The notes: generated by a model from the letters alone, not told the origin. Numbered from the stretch's first letter, positions 1 through 9,446 are shown. The stretch is 64,000 bases of DNA from Candidatus Cloacimonadales bacterium (GCA_963674825.1 OY771587.1:480001-544000), one strand, 5' to 3'. Numbers and translations are program-made.

Positions 1-2393
1 TCTGCCGGAACCAGGGCATTGTTGATTCCCTTCGCAAGCTGGATGTCGTCAGTTGAACCGCGAAGGATGTTGTAGCCGGCCATATCGTTCTCGGACTGCG
101 TCGTCCACTTCAGCATCGCGAAATTCTCGGATGTTACTGTTGCGGAGAATGCCGAAAGCTCGACTGGAAGGGTACCACCGCCGTTATCCACGATGAATTC
201 TTCTTCCCCACGACTCGTTGCACTATAATCGAATGTCACAGATCCCACACCGAAGGTCGCGAACGCGCTGATGTCTTCCCACCGATCGCTGTTCCAGCGA
301 TAGAGCTGATCCGGCGTAAAGGTAGTGCCGAAAGTGAAGGTCAGCGTTGTGGTGATGCCAGCCGGGAACGTGGCGTTGAATGCCGCACCGCAATTCTGCA
401 GTTCAGCAACGGGATGCATAGGAAGATCGGTCACCTGGCAGCCGAGAATCGGGATGTTTGGTACCGACCCAAAGGAGAAATCGAATGTCGGCTGTACATT
501 TCCTGCGCCGAGGTTTATCACCGGCAAGGTAATCGGTGCCGGATCAGGATCGGTGACATCGGTCATTTCCGTATAAACAACCGAAGCGGGATACTCCTCA
601 TCACCGACCGGCTCATCCGCCACGGTGAAGCTCCAGGATGCGTAGCCTGTTGTAACACCGGTTGCGTTGTAGGCTACCACATGCCAGCTCACAACCTCGC
701 CCCAGGCTGCCTGCGCAAGCTGTTTTGTATAAACGATATCGCCGCTCCATAAGATATCGGAGCCAATCTGTGTCGCCCCCTGATACACACGGAAGCCTGT
801 CGGAGCTCCATTGCCTTCCCAACGCCAGTCGATGGTAACCTGCCGTGGCAGTCCTGTAGCGTTGTTTTCCGGAAAAACATGACTTGGCTGATCGGGAATC
901 GTTGTAAAGTTGAGGGCTGTTCCATAGCTTGTCCCCTCGCTGTTGGTCGCGAAGGCGCGTACGTAATAAGTCGTGTTTGGCTCGAGTGACGACATGGAGC
1001 ATGTGTAAGACCCAGTTCCACTGCCGTTTACTACCGTGCTGTTTGAGATCGTAGGTGAACTGGTCGAGCTGGAATAAGCGATACCGCGCGATGTCACAGC
1101 GCCACCGCCGTCAGCGGTTACCTGGCAGGAAACAGACGCCGATGTCTCGCCCACGCTAGAGACCGAATTCGTTACAACCGTAGCCGGATTGTTGTCGCGG
1201 CCAAGGGAGTAAAAAGCGTCTCCAGATGGCGTATATCCGTTGAAATAGACCAAATCGCCCGAAATACTGCTGCCGGAAGCGACAACCGAGTAGGTACTCG
1301 ATGTACTGGTTCTACGCATCAATTTGTAGTTCGACGCAGCGAGTTCGCTATCATAGAGGTCGCTACCAAAGTCACTGATATCGAAGCGAACGTTGATCGC
1401 ATCGTTGGCATTGTCGTCGAGGAACCACTCCCTTGCGGACCGCAAATCGACGTCAGAGGGAAGATACGTTGTTGCCGTGCCAGTCGAAGAGCTACAGCCA
1501 TAGGAGTAAAATTCTGTCGCGCTGATGGAAGCGGTGCTATAGTCCTGCATTTCCATACCATAGTTATTGCTGGTCCAGGAGGTCCCGAGATAGTTCCAGA
1601 GCGATTCGGGGTGCAAACCGGTGAACGTTGAGAACTGCCCTACCGGAGCGTACGAGGTTACCCAATCCGAGGATGAGTCCATGTTGACCATCGATCCCGT
1701 ATAGGTATAGGAATATTCGTTATGTACATAGCTGCCCGAGGTTTCGTTCATTTTCCAATAACCAATAAGATTACCACCGGTGCTGGGGAGTTCGCCGTAC
1801 ATTCTGTCCTGTATCTCCGTCGCTGTAAGATCGTCCGACCACAAGCGTACATCGTCGATCCGTCCATCAAAATAGTAGTTCTCATCATCGTCTTTATACG
1901 CGCCAATGGTAAAGAAATTCGGGATTGTCTCCCAACGGATCGTGCCAGCACCCTTACTGTACGAGTCCACAAGAGCACCGTTCTTGTAGAGATACATCAT
2001 ACCGGTCGAGCTGTTATACGTTCCGGCTATATGCGTCCAGGTGTTTGTGCTCAACGTGGTATGCGGATACGATGAATAGCTGTCGGTCGTTCCACCCAAG
2101 CGCTGAAGCCACCAGGTAAGATAACCGTTGTAGAAAAAGAAACCATATCCGTTCTCGTTACCGCCGCTATCTTCCAGGTAGGTTACAACACCTTCCCATG
2201 AGCCGACACTATTGACGTATACCCAACATTCGAGTGTGATGTAATTGCTCTGCCGAAGAGCACTGTAGGTGCCACAATTGACATAGTCGTTCGAGCCGTC
2301 AAAGTCAAGGCAATTGCCATAGGCTGATAGCTCGCCAAGTCCGAAGATGGTAAATAGTAAGATCATAAATACAACCGAATGATTTTTATTCAT
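1..2393 (-). CDS. Secreted LamG/concanavalin-A-like domain protein, probably with a T9SS/FlgD-type C-terminus (3' end outside the window)
   Basis: Not in the ORF track (no stop in window). ATG at 2393 follows GGAGGATAA. Reads MNKNHSVVFMILLFTIFGLGELSA (signal peptide), then CLDFDGSNDYV...TLECWV...WTHIAGTY...FDGRIDDVRLW (LamG), YYVRAFATNSEGTSYG (FN3-like), and GTLPVELSAFSATV...LKWTTQSE near the window edge in the same frame. I translated both ends and selected internal segments, not every codon. Confidence 0.85.
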   Translation of the reverse strand, partial: MNKNHSVVFMILLFTIFGLGELSAYGNCLDFDGSNDYVNCGTYSALRQSNYITLECWVYVNSVGSWEGVVTYLEDSGGNENGYGFFFYNGYLTWWLQRLGGTTDSYSSYPHTTLSTNTWTHIAGTYNSSTGMMYLYKNGALVDSYSKGAGTIRWETIPNFFTIGAYKDDDENYYFDGRIDDVRLWSDDLTATEIQDRMYGELPSTGGNLIGYWKMNETSGSYVHNEYSYTYTGSMVNMDSSSDWVTSYAPVGQFSTFTGLHPESLWNYLGTSWTSNNYGMEMQDYSTASISATEFYSYGCSSSTGTATTYLPSDVDLRSAREWFLDDNANDAINVRFDISDFGSDLYDSELAASNYKLMRRTSTSSTYSVVASGSSISGDLVYFNGYTPSGDAFYSLGRDNNPATVVTNSVSSVGETSASVSCQVTADGGGAVTSRGIAYSSSTSSPTISNSTVVNGSGTGSYTCSMSSLEPNTTYYVRAFATNSEGTSYGTALNFTTIPDQPSHVFPENNATGLPRQVTIDWRWEGNGAPTGFRVYQGATQIGSDILWSGDIVYTKQLAQAAWGEVVSWHVVAYNATGVTTGYASWSFTVADEPVGDEEYPASVVYTEMTDVTDPDPAPITLPVINLGAGNVQPTFDFSFGSVPNIPILGCQVTDLPMHPVAELQNCGAAFNATFPAGITTTLTFTFGTTFTPDQLYRWNSDRWEDISAFATFGVGSVTFDYSATSRGEEEFIVDNGGGTLPVELSAFSATVTSENFAMLKWTTQSENDMAGYNILRGSTDDIQLAKGINNALVPA

Positions 2394-2767
2394 TTATCCT
2401 CCGTTATTATGTCCATATAACGATTTTTCAATTCACCCGGCATGAATTGTATGATATATGATAACATAACCACGAACAACATTTCGTCAAGCTCATTATT
2501 TAACTTCGAATACCTTTACCTGACAGTTCCATACATTTTATTGCTGATTCAATCGATACCCAAAGACAAGCTATCGTACTTTGATATGCATTCATTCAGT
2601 TTTTCCCATCCTGTTGCCAGATATGCCTTATCTCTATATACACGCACCACGCAGCAGATTCGTTCAAGCCCGAGCAGCTGTGTTCATCCACTTCGAAGAC
2701 GTGGTGTTACACGGCGTCGCGAAAGGATTGGGCGAATATGCGACGTGACTGGTATAAGCATATAGGG

Positions 2768-2863
2768 CTCTCTGCTCCTGCTCTTTTCCATAGGGGGAGG
2801 CAGGATGGGTATCCATTGTCCTTCTTCTATTAAGGGGAGAGGGTTGGGGGGAAGGTCTCTTTC
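2768..2863. repeat. Purine/pyrimidine-biased REP-like element, family C copy 1 (degenerate)
   Basis: Starts CTCTCTGCTCC and ends GGGAGAGGGTTGGGGGGAAGGTCTCTTTC, the same termini as 6043-6096. Confidence 0.6.
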
Positions 2864-2898
2864 ATAACTCGTAACGAAATGATTTGTGGCAAAAAAAA

Positions 2899-2975
2899 TG
2901 GCACGCCAGCAGGGACTCGAACCCCGGACCTACGGCTTAGAAGGCCGTTGCTCTATCCGGCTGAGCTACTGGCGC
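2899..2975 (-). tRNA. tRNA-Arg(TCT)
   Basis: Reverse complement GCGCCAGTAGCTCAGCCGGATAGAGC...CTTCTAA...GGTTCGAGTCC...CCA folds as a cloverleaf; anticodon TCT; CCA encoded. Confidence 0.97.
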
Positions 2976-2980
2976 GCGCT

Positions 2981-3023
2981 AAAATAAAAAATGCTTATCG
3001 TCCGCCGCGGCATAGATAAGCAA
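2981..3023 (-). terminator. Intrinsic terminator-like hairpin between tRNA-Met and tRNA-Arg
   Basis: TGCTTATC...GATAAGCA inverted repeat followed on the minus strand by TTTTTTATTTT. Confidence 0.55.
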
Positions 3024-3028
3024 ATATA

Positions 3029-3105
3029 TGGTAGCGGCACAGGGACTCGAACCCCGGACACTCGGATTATGATTCCGATGCTCTAACCAACTGAGCTATG
3101 CCGCC
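3029..3105 (-). tRNA. tRNA-Met(CAT), probably elongator
   Basis: GGCGGCATAGCTCAGTTGGTTAGAGCA-TCGGA-ATCATAA-TCCGA...CCA; paired 1:72; lacks the three consecutive G:C pairs of initiator anticodon stems. Confidence 0.92.
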
Positions 3106-3120
3106 ACGTCTATTCAAAAA

Positions 3121-3197
3121 TGGTAGCGAGGGGAGGATTTGAACCTCCGGCCTTCGGGTTATGAGCCCGACGAGCTACCTGACTGCTCCACCTCGCG
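3121..3197 (-). tRNA. Initiator tRNA-fMet(CAT)
   Basis: CGCGAGGTGGAGCAG...TCGGG-CTCATAA-CCCGA...CCA; unpaired C1 and GGG/CCC anticodon stem typical of initiators. Confidence 0.96.
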
Positions 3198-3307
3198 TCA
3201 CGTGCTGGACATAAAATAGCAGCCTGATTTCGTGTCAAGGAAAATCCAAAAAGAAATTGCTTGACGCTGGAAACGATATCACAGGAGTATATTCGTGGAG
3301 TTAGTAA

Positions 3308-4816
3308 ATGTTTAATGAAATCATTGTAAATGTACATCCCTACGAAACCAGAGTCGCCATCCTTGAAGATAACAGGCTGGTCGAACTCTTCGTAGAGAAA
3401 AGAGAACAGCAGAATATCGTAGGTAACATATATAAAGGATATGTTCAGGACGTCCTTCCAGGAATGGGAGCGGCCTTCATCAACATCGGGCTTGAACGTA
3501 CCGCGTTCCTGCATTACTCGGATATTGTGACCGACTTCTTCGACCTTGTTGATTCGGACAATAGTGCGCCCAGTAAGCTGGCGAAGGATTCGTCCAAGAT
3601 AGGCAAGTACCTCAAGGAAGGCCAGGAAATCGTCGTCCAGGTGCAGAAAGGCCCACTCGGGAAAAAAGGCGCAAGACTCACCGGACAGATATCGCTTCCG
3701 GGAAAGTTCCTCGTATTCTTCCCCAATAAAAACCGCGTCGCCGTTTCGCGCAAAATAAACACTTATGCCGAAAAGAATCGAATCAAGACAATCATCAGCC
3801 AGATAAAACACAAAGATATCGGGCTGATTGTGCGCACCGACGCCGAAGGCAATTCACTGGAAGAATTCGAAACCGAGTACAATGGCCTTTATAAAACGTG
3901 GAAATATCTTGAGAAACAGATTCAATACGCCAAGCCGCCTGTTTGCATCTTCAATCAGAGCGACCTGACAAACACGCTTATTCGTGACCTGTTCAACACC
4001 AAAATAGACCGCCTCGTCGTGGACGACCGAGCCTTCCGCGAACGACTCATCCAGAACTTGCAGCTCGGAGCACCGGAACTGGTCGAGCGAATCGAGCTTT
4101 ACAAAGAAGATTCCCCTATCTTCGACGCCTACGGCATCGAGAAAGAAATCGAGAAGATGTTCAACGCCCGAGTGGAACTTCCCAGCGGTGGTAACATCGT
4201 CATCGAACAAACTGAAGCGATGGTCTCCATTGATATCAACACCGGTAGCTACACCGGACGACGAAACTACGAAGACACCATTCGCCAGACAAACGTCGAA
4301 GCTGCCGAGGAAATCGCACGGCAGATCCGGCTTCGCGATCTGAGCGGTATCATGGTTATCGACTTCATCGACATGGAAAGTGAATCAAGCAAAAGCCAGG
4401 TGCTCGACACCCTGCGTCGCTGCCTCAAGCGAGATCGCGCGCGCAACAAGGTCTTCCCGTTCGGACCTCTGGGACTCGTCGAGATCACCCGTAAACGTAC
4501 ACGTCCAAATATCATTCTCGCTTATTCGGAGAGATGCCCCTGCTGCCATGGCGCTGGGCGCATTATCTCTCGCGATTCTGTCGCGATGAAAATCTTCCGA
4601 TGGATCAGCAGGTCGGAATATTTCCTCAAGGATAAACCACTGCAGATCCTTGTCGCACCACCCGTGAAAGAGTACCTCGACAACAACCCCGAGTACCTTT
4701 CACACGTTAAGAACAAACTCGAGATCACTGTCGATGATGAGATTGCGCTGGACGGATTCCGCGTACTCGACCTTCAGACAGGCAAGGAGATCACAACGCA
4801 TTTCAAGGCGCACTAA
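3308..4816 (+). CDS. rng: Ribonuclease E/G family (RNase G-sized, 502 aa)
   Basis: GNIYKGYVQDVLPGMGAAF S1 domain, IDINTG, LRDLSGIMVIDFIDM, CPCCHG Zn-link. Confidence 0.93.
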   Translation: MFNEIIVNVHPYETRVAILEDNRLVELFVEKREQQNIVGNIYKGYVQDVLPGMGAAFINIGLERTAFLHYSDIVTDFFDLVDSDNSAPSKLAKDSSKIGKYLKEGQEIVVQVQKGPLGKKGARLTGQISLPGKFLVFFPNKNRVAVSRKINTYAEKNRIKTIISQIKHKDIGLIVRTDAEGNSLEEFETEYNGLYKTWKYLEKQIQYAKPPVCIFNQSDLTNTLIRDLFNTKIDRLVVDDRAFRERLIQNLQLGAPELVERIELYKEDSPIFDAYGIEKEIEKMFNARVELPSGGNIVIEQTEAMVSIDINTGSYTGRRNYEDTIRQTNVEAAEEIARQIRLRDLSGIMVIDFIDMESESSKSQVLDTLRRCLKRDRARNKVFPFGPLGLVEITRKRTRPNIILAYSERCPCCHGAGRIISRDSVAMKIFRWISRSEYFLKDKPLQILVAPPVKEYLDNNPEYLSHVKNKLEITVDDEIALDGFRVLDLQTGKEITTHFKAH

Positions 4817-4913
4817 CTTTTTCGCCCTGAAATCTCTATTGTTCTTGACAATCAAACGCAACGATAATTATTTGGCTATTCCGTTTATTATAAATGGATA
4901 TAAGGAGTCTGAA

Positions 4914-5231
4914 ATGTATGCGATCGTAGATTTTAAGGGTCAACAGCTTCGGATGGAAAAGGACAAGACCGTTAAGGTCCCGTATCTTGCCGAACTCGAG
5001 CCCGGAAACGAGTTGGAACTCGACGATGTGCTTCTTCTGAAAGATGATAAAGATAACGTGCTTGTCGGTCAGCCTACGCTCGACAACGTAAAAATCGTGG
5101 CTGAAATTGTTGATCACGGCAAAGATAAAAAAATCGTCGTCTTCAAGAAGAAACGCAGAAAAGGTTATGCCAAGAAAACTGGTCACCGGCAGAACTACAC
5201 CACCATCCTGGTTAAGGATATTATTCAGTAA
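4914..5231 (+). CDS. rplU: 50S ribosomal protein L21
   Basis: [11 protein letters not shown]...[24 protein letters not shown]; start corrected to ATG 4914 after AAGGAG. Confidence 0.97.
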   Translation: MYAIVDFKGQQLRMEKDKTVKVPYLAELEPGNELELDDVLLLKDDKDNVLVGQPTLDNVKIVAEIVDHGKDKKIVVFKKKRRKGYAKKTGHRQNYTTILVKDIIQ

Positions 5232-5248
5232 CCCCAGGGAGATGAAAC

Positions 5249-5509
5249 ATGGCACATAAAAAAGGTGTTGGCAGTAGTAAAAACGGACGGGACAGCAATC
5301 CGCAATATCTCGGCGTAAAACGTTATGACGGTCAGTTTGTGCTGGCTGGGAACATTATCGTTCGCCAACGCGGTACCAAGTTCCACCAAGGAAACAACGT
5401 GGGCCTGGGTAAGGACTACACGATCTTCAGTCTTGTCGACGGCTATGTCAAATTCCAGACAAAAGCCGGCGGAAAGAAATTCGTGAACGTTATCCCCGCT
5501 GAAGCCTGA
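5249..5509 (+). CDS. rpmA: 50S ribosomal protein L27
   Basis: [16 protein letters not shown]...[15 protein letters not shown]. Confidence 0.98.
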   Translation: MAHKKGVGSSKNGRDSNPQYLGVKRYDGQFVLAGNIIVRQRGTKFHQGNNVGLGKDYTIFSLVDGYVKFQTKAGGKKFVNVIPAEA

Positions 5510-5528
5510 TTATAGTTTTTTCCGTACC

Positions 5529-5558
5529 AAAGGCAGCTACTACGTGGCTGCCTTTTTC
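5529..5558 (+). terminator. Intrinsic terminator after rpmA (probably bidirectional)
   Basis: AAAGGCAGCTAC-TAC-GTGGCTGCCTTTTT. Confidence 0.8.
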
Positions 5559-5563
5559 TATTC

Positions 5564-5911
5564 TCACTCTAACACATATGCATCCCAACATGAACAATGA
5601 CTCAATCTTTCTCCCAACATTTGATCAATATTTTCTGGATCCCTTCCACCACCATGATAATGCTCTTCACCACAAATAGGACATTTAACTATAAATGACA
5701 ACTGTCCATCACTCCACTCTCTCTTTGCTTTGAAATGTGGGCGACCTAATTCATCCACAGGAATTTCATCTCTGGATTTTAAACCCCTTTTCAAAATGAA
5801 TTTCTTACAGGATTTACATGTCACTTCTCTTATATCATCATTTGACTTCACTCCCGCACGATAACTATGGGCACAACCATGGATATTATCAAAAACAAAG
5901 TGAATCTTCAT
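5564..5911 (-). CDS. AT-rich hypothetical protein with Cys/His metal-binding motifs
   Basis: ATG 5911 after GGAGG; VTCKSC and KCPICGEEHYHG...RLSHC motifs; visibly AT-rich relative to flanks. Confidence 0.7.
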   Translation of the reverse strand: MKIHFVFDNIHGCAHSYRAGVKSNDDIREVTCKSCKKFILKRGLKSRDEIPVDELGRPHFKAKREWSDGQLSFIVKCPICGEEHYHGGGRDPENIDQMLGERLSHCSCWDAYVLE

Positions 5912-6042
5912 ATTTACCTCCACAATTTACTTACTTGATATTATAATTGGAAATTAAGTGTTTCCAAGAGTTTTCTTCAATAACTTTATCTCGTACCAAC
6001 CGATTTCCAAAGTTTCGACTGAATGAGCATCTGTGAGTACCA

Positions 6043-6096
6043 CTCTCTGCTCCCTCGCCCATGGAATGGGAGAGGGCTGGGGCGAGGGTCTCTTTC
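6043..6096. repeat. Purine/pyrimidine-biased REP-like element, family C copy 2
   Basis: CTCTCTGCTCCCTCGCCCAT-GGA-ATGGGAGAGGGCTGGGGCGAGGGTCTCTTTC; hairpin CCCTCGCCCAT/ATGGGAGAGGG. Confidence 0.65.
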
Positions 6097-6156
6097 TCCA
6101 TCCTGCTAATCGTGGTAATCCTGTAAATCATTTGAGGGGATTCAGGCAAAGAAGAG

Positions 6157-6183
6157 ATGCAGGCAAGGATGCCTGCGCTCCAG
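6157..6183 (-). repeat. REP-like hairpin, family A
   Basis: Reverse complement CTGGAGCGCAGGCATCCTTGCCTGCAT; same architecture as copies at 38958, 39811, 49545, 50229 and 59181. Confidence 0.7.
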
Positions 6184-6189
6184 AAAAGG

Positions 6190-7287
6190 CTATACCTCAG
6201 CCTTAAGTACGAAGAAGATACCGGCGATGGTAAATACGATATTGGCGATCCATGCAGCAAATAGTGGCGATAGAACACCGTTATAGCCGAGGCTCATGCT
6301 CACCCGCTGTGCTGAAAGATACATGAAGCAGATGACAAGCCCCAGCAGGAAGACCAATCCGCGTCCCCTGCTACGCGTTGATGTGGAAGCTAAAGGTACA
6401 CAGAATAGCAGGATAATCAGGTTCGCAAACGGAAACGACAGTTTGAAGTGAAGGTCGACAAGCTCCTTGCGGTACTTCTCCCCCACCTTCTTCAAGCGAT
6501 TGATGTATTCCCGCAGCTCGAAATAGTTCATCGACATCGGATCTTTCGCGCTCTTGATGAAATCCAAAGGCGTCGCATCCAGCTCCGGCACAACCGTCTC
6601 CGGATGAAACTCGGTGAGTGCTTCGATCTCACGACCTTCATGATCGAATGTGCGGATGTAGCAATTCTCCAGCACCCATTCCTCGCCATTCCAGTCGGCC
6701 TTACTTGCTGTTATCTTACGACTGATCGCCCCGTTCTCATGGTCGAATGTCGTGATGTCGATAGTCTTCAGGACATTGCGATAACCATCGAAGAATCCGA
6801 TGAAATAGAGGTTGTTACCGGTTCCGCGATAGTAAATGTTGCTGCGCATCTTGATATCTTCTATCTTGCGATTCTTGATCTTCTCGGTATAGATATACTG
6901 CCTTATCGCTTCGGATTTGGGCAGTACATACTCCCCGAAGATCATCACGAAAATGCTGAAGAACAGCCCGAACCACAGAATCGGTGACACCATTCGCAGA
7001 ATGCTGAGTCCAGCCGCGCGGATCGCGATCGATTCGTTATATTTGGATAGCGAATTCATGAGGAACAGACCGCTGAGCAGTACAGCCACAGGCGAAGTCA
7101 ACACAAAAAGATAGGGTATTCTCGAAATGAAGTACATCACAATGTCGTTTAACTCCGCATTATACCGCAAGAGCCGCGGCAAGCGGTCGAATATGTCCAC
7201 CACGATGAAAATCACCGAGAAAGACGCAGTGATCACCAGCAGCGTGATCAGATATTCTCTAAGGATGTAACGGTCTAATATCTTCAT
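6190..7287 (-). CDS. LPS export ABC permease, LptF/LptG (YjgP/YjgQ) family, most like LptG
   Basis: MKILDRYILREYL start, NESIAIRAAGLS motif, 3+3 TM helices around a periplasmic beta domain, LSPLFAAWIANIVF end. Confidence 0.9.
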   Translation of the reverse strand: MKILDRYILREYLITLLVITASFSVIFIVVDIFDRLPRLLRYNAELNDIVMYFISRIPYLFVLTSPVAVLLSGLFLMNSLSKYNESIAIRAAGLSILRMVSPILWFGLFFSIFVMIFGEYVLPKSEAIRQYIYTEKIKNRKIEDIKMRSNIYYRGTGNNLYFIGFFDGYRNVLKTIDITTFDHENGAISRKITASKADWNGEEWVLENCYIRTFDHEGREIEALTEFHPETVVPELDATPLDFIKSAKDPMSMNYFELREYINRLKKVGEKYRKELVDLHFKLSFPFANLIILLFCVPLASTSTRSRGRGLVFLLGLVICFMYLSAQRVSMSLGYNGVLSPLFAAWIANIVFTIAGIFFVLKAEV

Positions 7288-7311
7288 ATTCCGCTTAATA
7301 AAATCAGTGGG

Positions 7312-8412
7312 TTAATTCTGCAAGATATTTCTGTAGATTTGCAGGAATCGCGCTTGAATTACGTCCCGTTCAAAGTGCTCGTGAACGTAGTTGTACCCCT
7401 TATCGCCCATCGCTATCCTATCGCTCGCGGCAATCCGCCTGATGCCATCGGCCAGGGCCTGTGCATCGCTGTGTTGCACCACGATGCCATGACCGGGTAT
7501 GATATCCGGCAGGATACCGGCGTCAGTCGTGACAAGCGGCTTCCTCATTGCCATGAATTCCAGCGCGACACGGCTGTTTGCCTCGGATCCGATCGATGAG
7601 ATAACACCCGCATCCGAAGCCGCGATCAGCTCCGCGACATCATCCGCCCAACCAGCCAGTCGTACGCGTCCGTTAATCATGGGCTTGACCTCATCAAAAT
7701 GCGGATAATCGGTGTTGCCCACCAGGAGCAACGTAAAGTTGAATCCCTCGCTCTCCAGAATCTTCGCCGCCTCCAACAGGTACATATGGCCCTTTATCGG
7801 CTCGAATCTTCCGATGTGTACCAGGCAGAATTCATCGCCGATACCCAGTTTCTTTCTGGCAGCTTCACGATTATATTTCTCCAGGTTGAAATGCTCCGTA
7901 TCCAGCGGGAAATGCAGCGTTGCCACCCGATCTTCCGGCAGCCCGAAATCCAGAAGCTGTTTGCGCTCACGATCTGATGGAACGATAGTCAAATGCGTAT
8001 TACTCTGATAGAGGATGCGATTGCCCAGATTTCGGCGGATCGGCGTGGCGGTTCCACGCGTGCGAATAACGGTCGTACACGAGCCGGTCAGCCAGTTTGC
8101 CAGTATACCCAATGAATGCATGATAGATCGATAATAGATATGCAGTACGTCCGGTTTCTGTCTACGTAGGATCTTGATGATCTCCGCCAGGCCGATTATA
8201 TGATTGACGGGGCTCTTACGCGAACAGATGTAACGCGATTCAACGACCTTGATACCGATCTCTCGCGCCTGCTTCGTTACACGTGATTTCGGGCCCAACA
8301 CGACACATTCATACCCAGCCTCATGCGCGAACTGGAGATTCTCCCAAAGATTCTGGGCCTCAGCGTTATAGCCCTCGTAATTGAACAAAAATGCTATCTT
8401 ACGGCGTGCCAT
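7312..8412 (-). CDS. Glycosyltransferase family 4
   Basis: IGRFEPIKGH and EANSRVALEFMAMRKPLVTTDAG (EX7E) motifs. Confidence 0.9.
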   Translation of the reverse strand: MARRKIAFLFNYEGYNAEAQNLWENLQFAHEAGYECVVLGPKSRVTKQAREIGIKVVESRYICSRKSPVNHIIGLAEIIKILRRQKPDVLHIYYRSIMHSLGILANWLTGSCTTVIRTRGTATPIRRNLGNRILYQSNTHLTIVPSDRERKQLLDFGLPEDRVATLHFPLDTEHFNLEKYNREAARKKLGIGDEFCLVHIGRFEPIKGHMYLLEAAKILESEGFNFTLLLVGNTDYPHFDEVKPMINGRVRLAGWADDVAELIAASDAGVISSIGSEANSRVALEFMAMRKPLVTTDAGILPDIIPGHGIVVQHSDAQALADGIRRIAASDRIAMGDKGYNYVHEHFERDVIQARFLQIYRNILQN

Positions 8413-9436
8413 AGGTCTTTACAATATACTGGAGAACCGTTTCGGGCTTGATATCGAGCATGCAACGATGGTGCTTCCGGGGGCATCTGTCGCCGCCGTG
8501 TTTCCCGCATGGGCGGCAGGCCAGATCAATCTCAAAGATGTGATCTTTCTCACCAATCGGCTGATAACCAAGCGCTCCGGTCGTGGGACCGAAGAACGCG
8601 ACCACCGGCGTCTGAACCGCGTTTGCCGCGTGCATCAGGCCGCTGTCGTTGCATATGAGCATCCTGCACTTGGAGATCACCGCGGTAGCTTTCAAAATCG
8701 TGGTACGACCCGCCATGTTGATCGCTTCAACACCCGATTTCTCGATGATTTCGCGGCATGTATCAACCTCAGCAGGAGCACCGAGGAAGATGAGCTGGAA
8801 ACCTTTCTCATAGAGTAGCCTTGTCAACTCGGCATAATGATTCATTGGCCAGCGCTTGGTGAACGACATCGACCCAGGCGCTATCGCGATACGGGGCCGT
8901 TCCGCATAAGGAAGCATTACCGTCTCAGCAAATTCATTGTCCGATGTGGATGGATACAGGTGCGTCTGGATGGGAAACGCTTCGTCCGTAATAGGCTTTA
9001 GCAGCGTCATGTTCTTTTCGACACGCCGCATTCCCTTTGGCCAAGGAACTCGGTAGTTATAATACTTCCCGGAAAAACCCTGATCGTACCCGATCCGATG
9101 CGGAATCCCCGCTATCTTCAGCATGAAGCCTGTTGTCACCGACCGGTGCGCGGACACAGCCAGATCGTAGTCGGTTCCCTGAATACGGGAAACCATCCCA
9201 AGAATTGAGAGCATCTTGAAAGGCCAGATCTTTGCAAGCGGAATGATGTTGTCGATCGCGGGATTGTTTTGCAGCACAGCCTGAAACTTCGCGTTGACCA
9301 TCACATCGATTGCCGCATCGGGATAGCACTTTTTCAGCGCACTGATGAGCGGCGTAATCAGGATCACATCACCGATAAGAGCCGTCTGGACAACCAGGAT
9401 GCGCTTGGGCTGGAAGGTTACGGGAAGATTCTTCAT
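8399..9436 (-). CDS. waaF: Glycosyltransferase family 9, LPS heptosyltransferase II-like
   Basis: RILVVQTALIGDVIL, APGS...KRWP, ICNDSGLMHAA, FFGPT; start moved to ATG 9436 (the longer ORF overlaps serC and its terminator). Confidence 0.85.
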   Translation of the reverse strand: MKNLPVTFQPKRILVVQTALIGDVILITPLISALKKCYPDAAIDVMVNAKFQAVLQNNPAIDNIIPLAKIWPFKMLSILGMVSRIQGTDYDLAVSAHRSVTTGFMLKIAGIPHRIGYDQGFSGKYYNYRVPWPKGMRRVEKNMTLLKPITDEAFPIQTHLYPSTSDNEFAETVMLPYAERPRIAIAPGSMSFTKRWPMNHYAELTRLLYEKGFQLIFLGAPAEVDTCREIIEKSGVEAINMAGRTTILKATAVISKCRMLICNDSGLMHAANAVQTPVVAFFGPTTGALGYQPIGEKDHIFEIDLACRPCGKHGGDRCPRKHHRCMLDIKPETVLQYIVKTYGTP

Positions 9437-9446
9437 AGTCTGCCTT

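Noticed and set aside
325..2119. Numerous short ORFs in the track
   Set aside because: They are antisense or out-of-frame shadows of the long minus-strand LamG gene.
2442..2765. 107-aa plus-strand ORF and nearby hairpins (CACCACG/CGTGGTG, GTCGC/GCGAC)
   Set aside because: No SD or recognisable motif; the hairpins match no riboswitch or ncRNA I can identify.
3065..3075. A32 in the anticodon loop of the CAT tRNA; possible tRNA-Ile2
   Set aside because: The GGA-ATCATAA-TCC arm with a GGCGG acceptor stem is a form I recognise from elongator tRNA-Met; not treated as novel. tRNAscan-SE isotype models would settle it.
5232..5248. Possible prp/ysxB gene between rplU and rpmA
   Set aside because: The gap is only 17 nt and L27 begins MAHKK with no N-terminal extension; this is the ordinary arrangement.
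6190..7287. Single LptF/G gene without its partner
   Set aside because: Split lptF/lptG loci are unremarkable; the partner is probably elsewhere.
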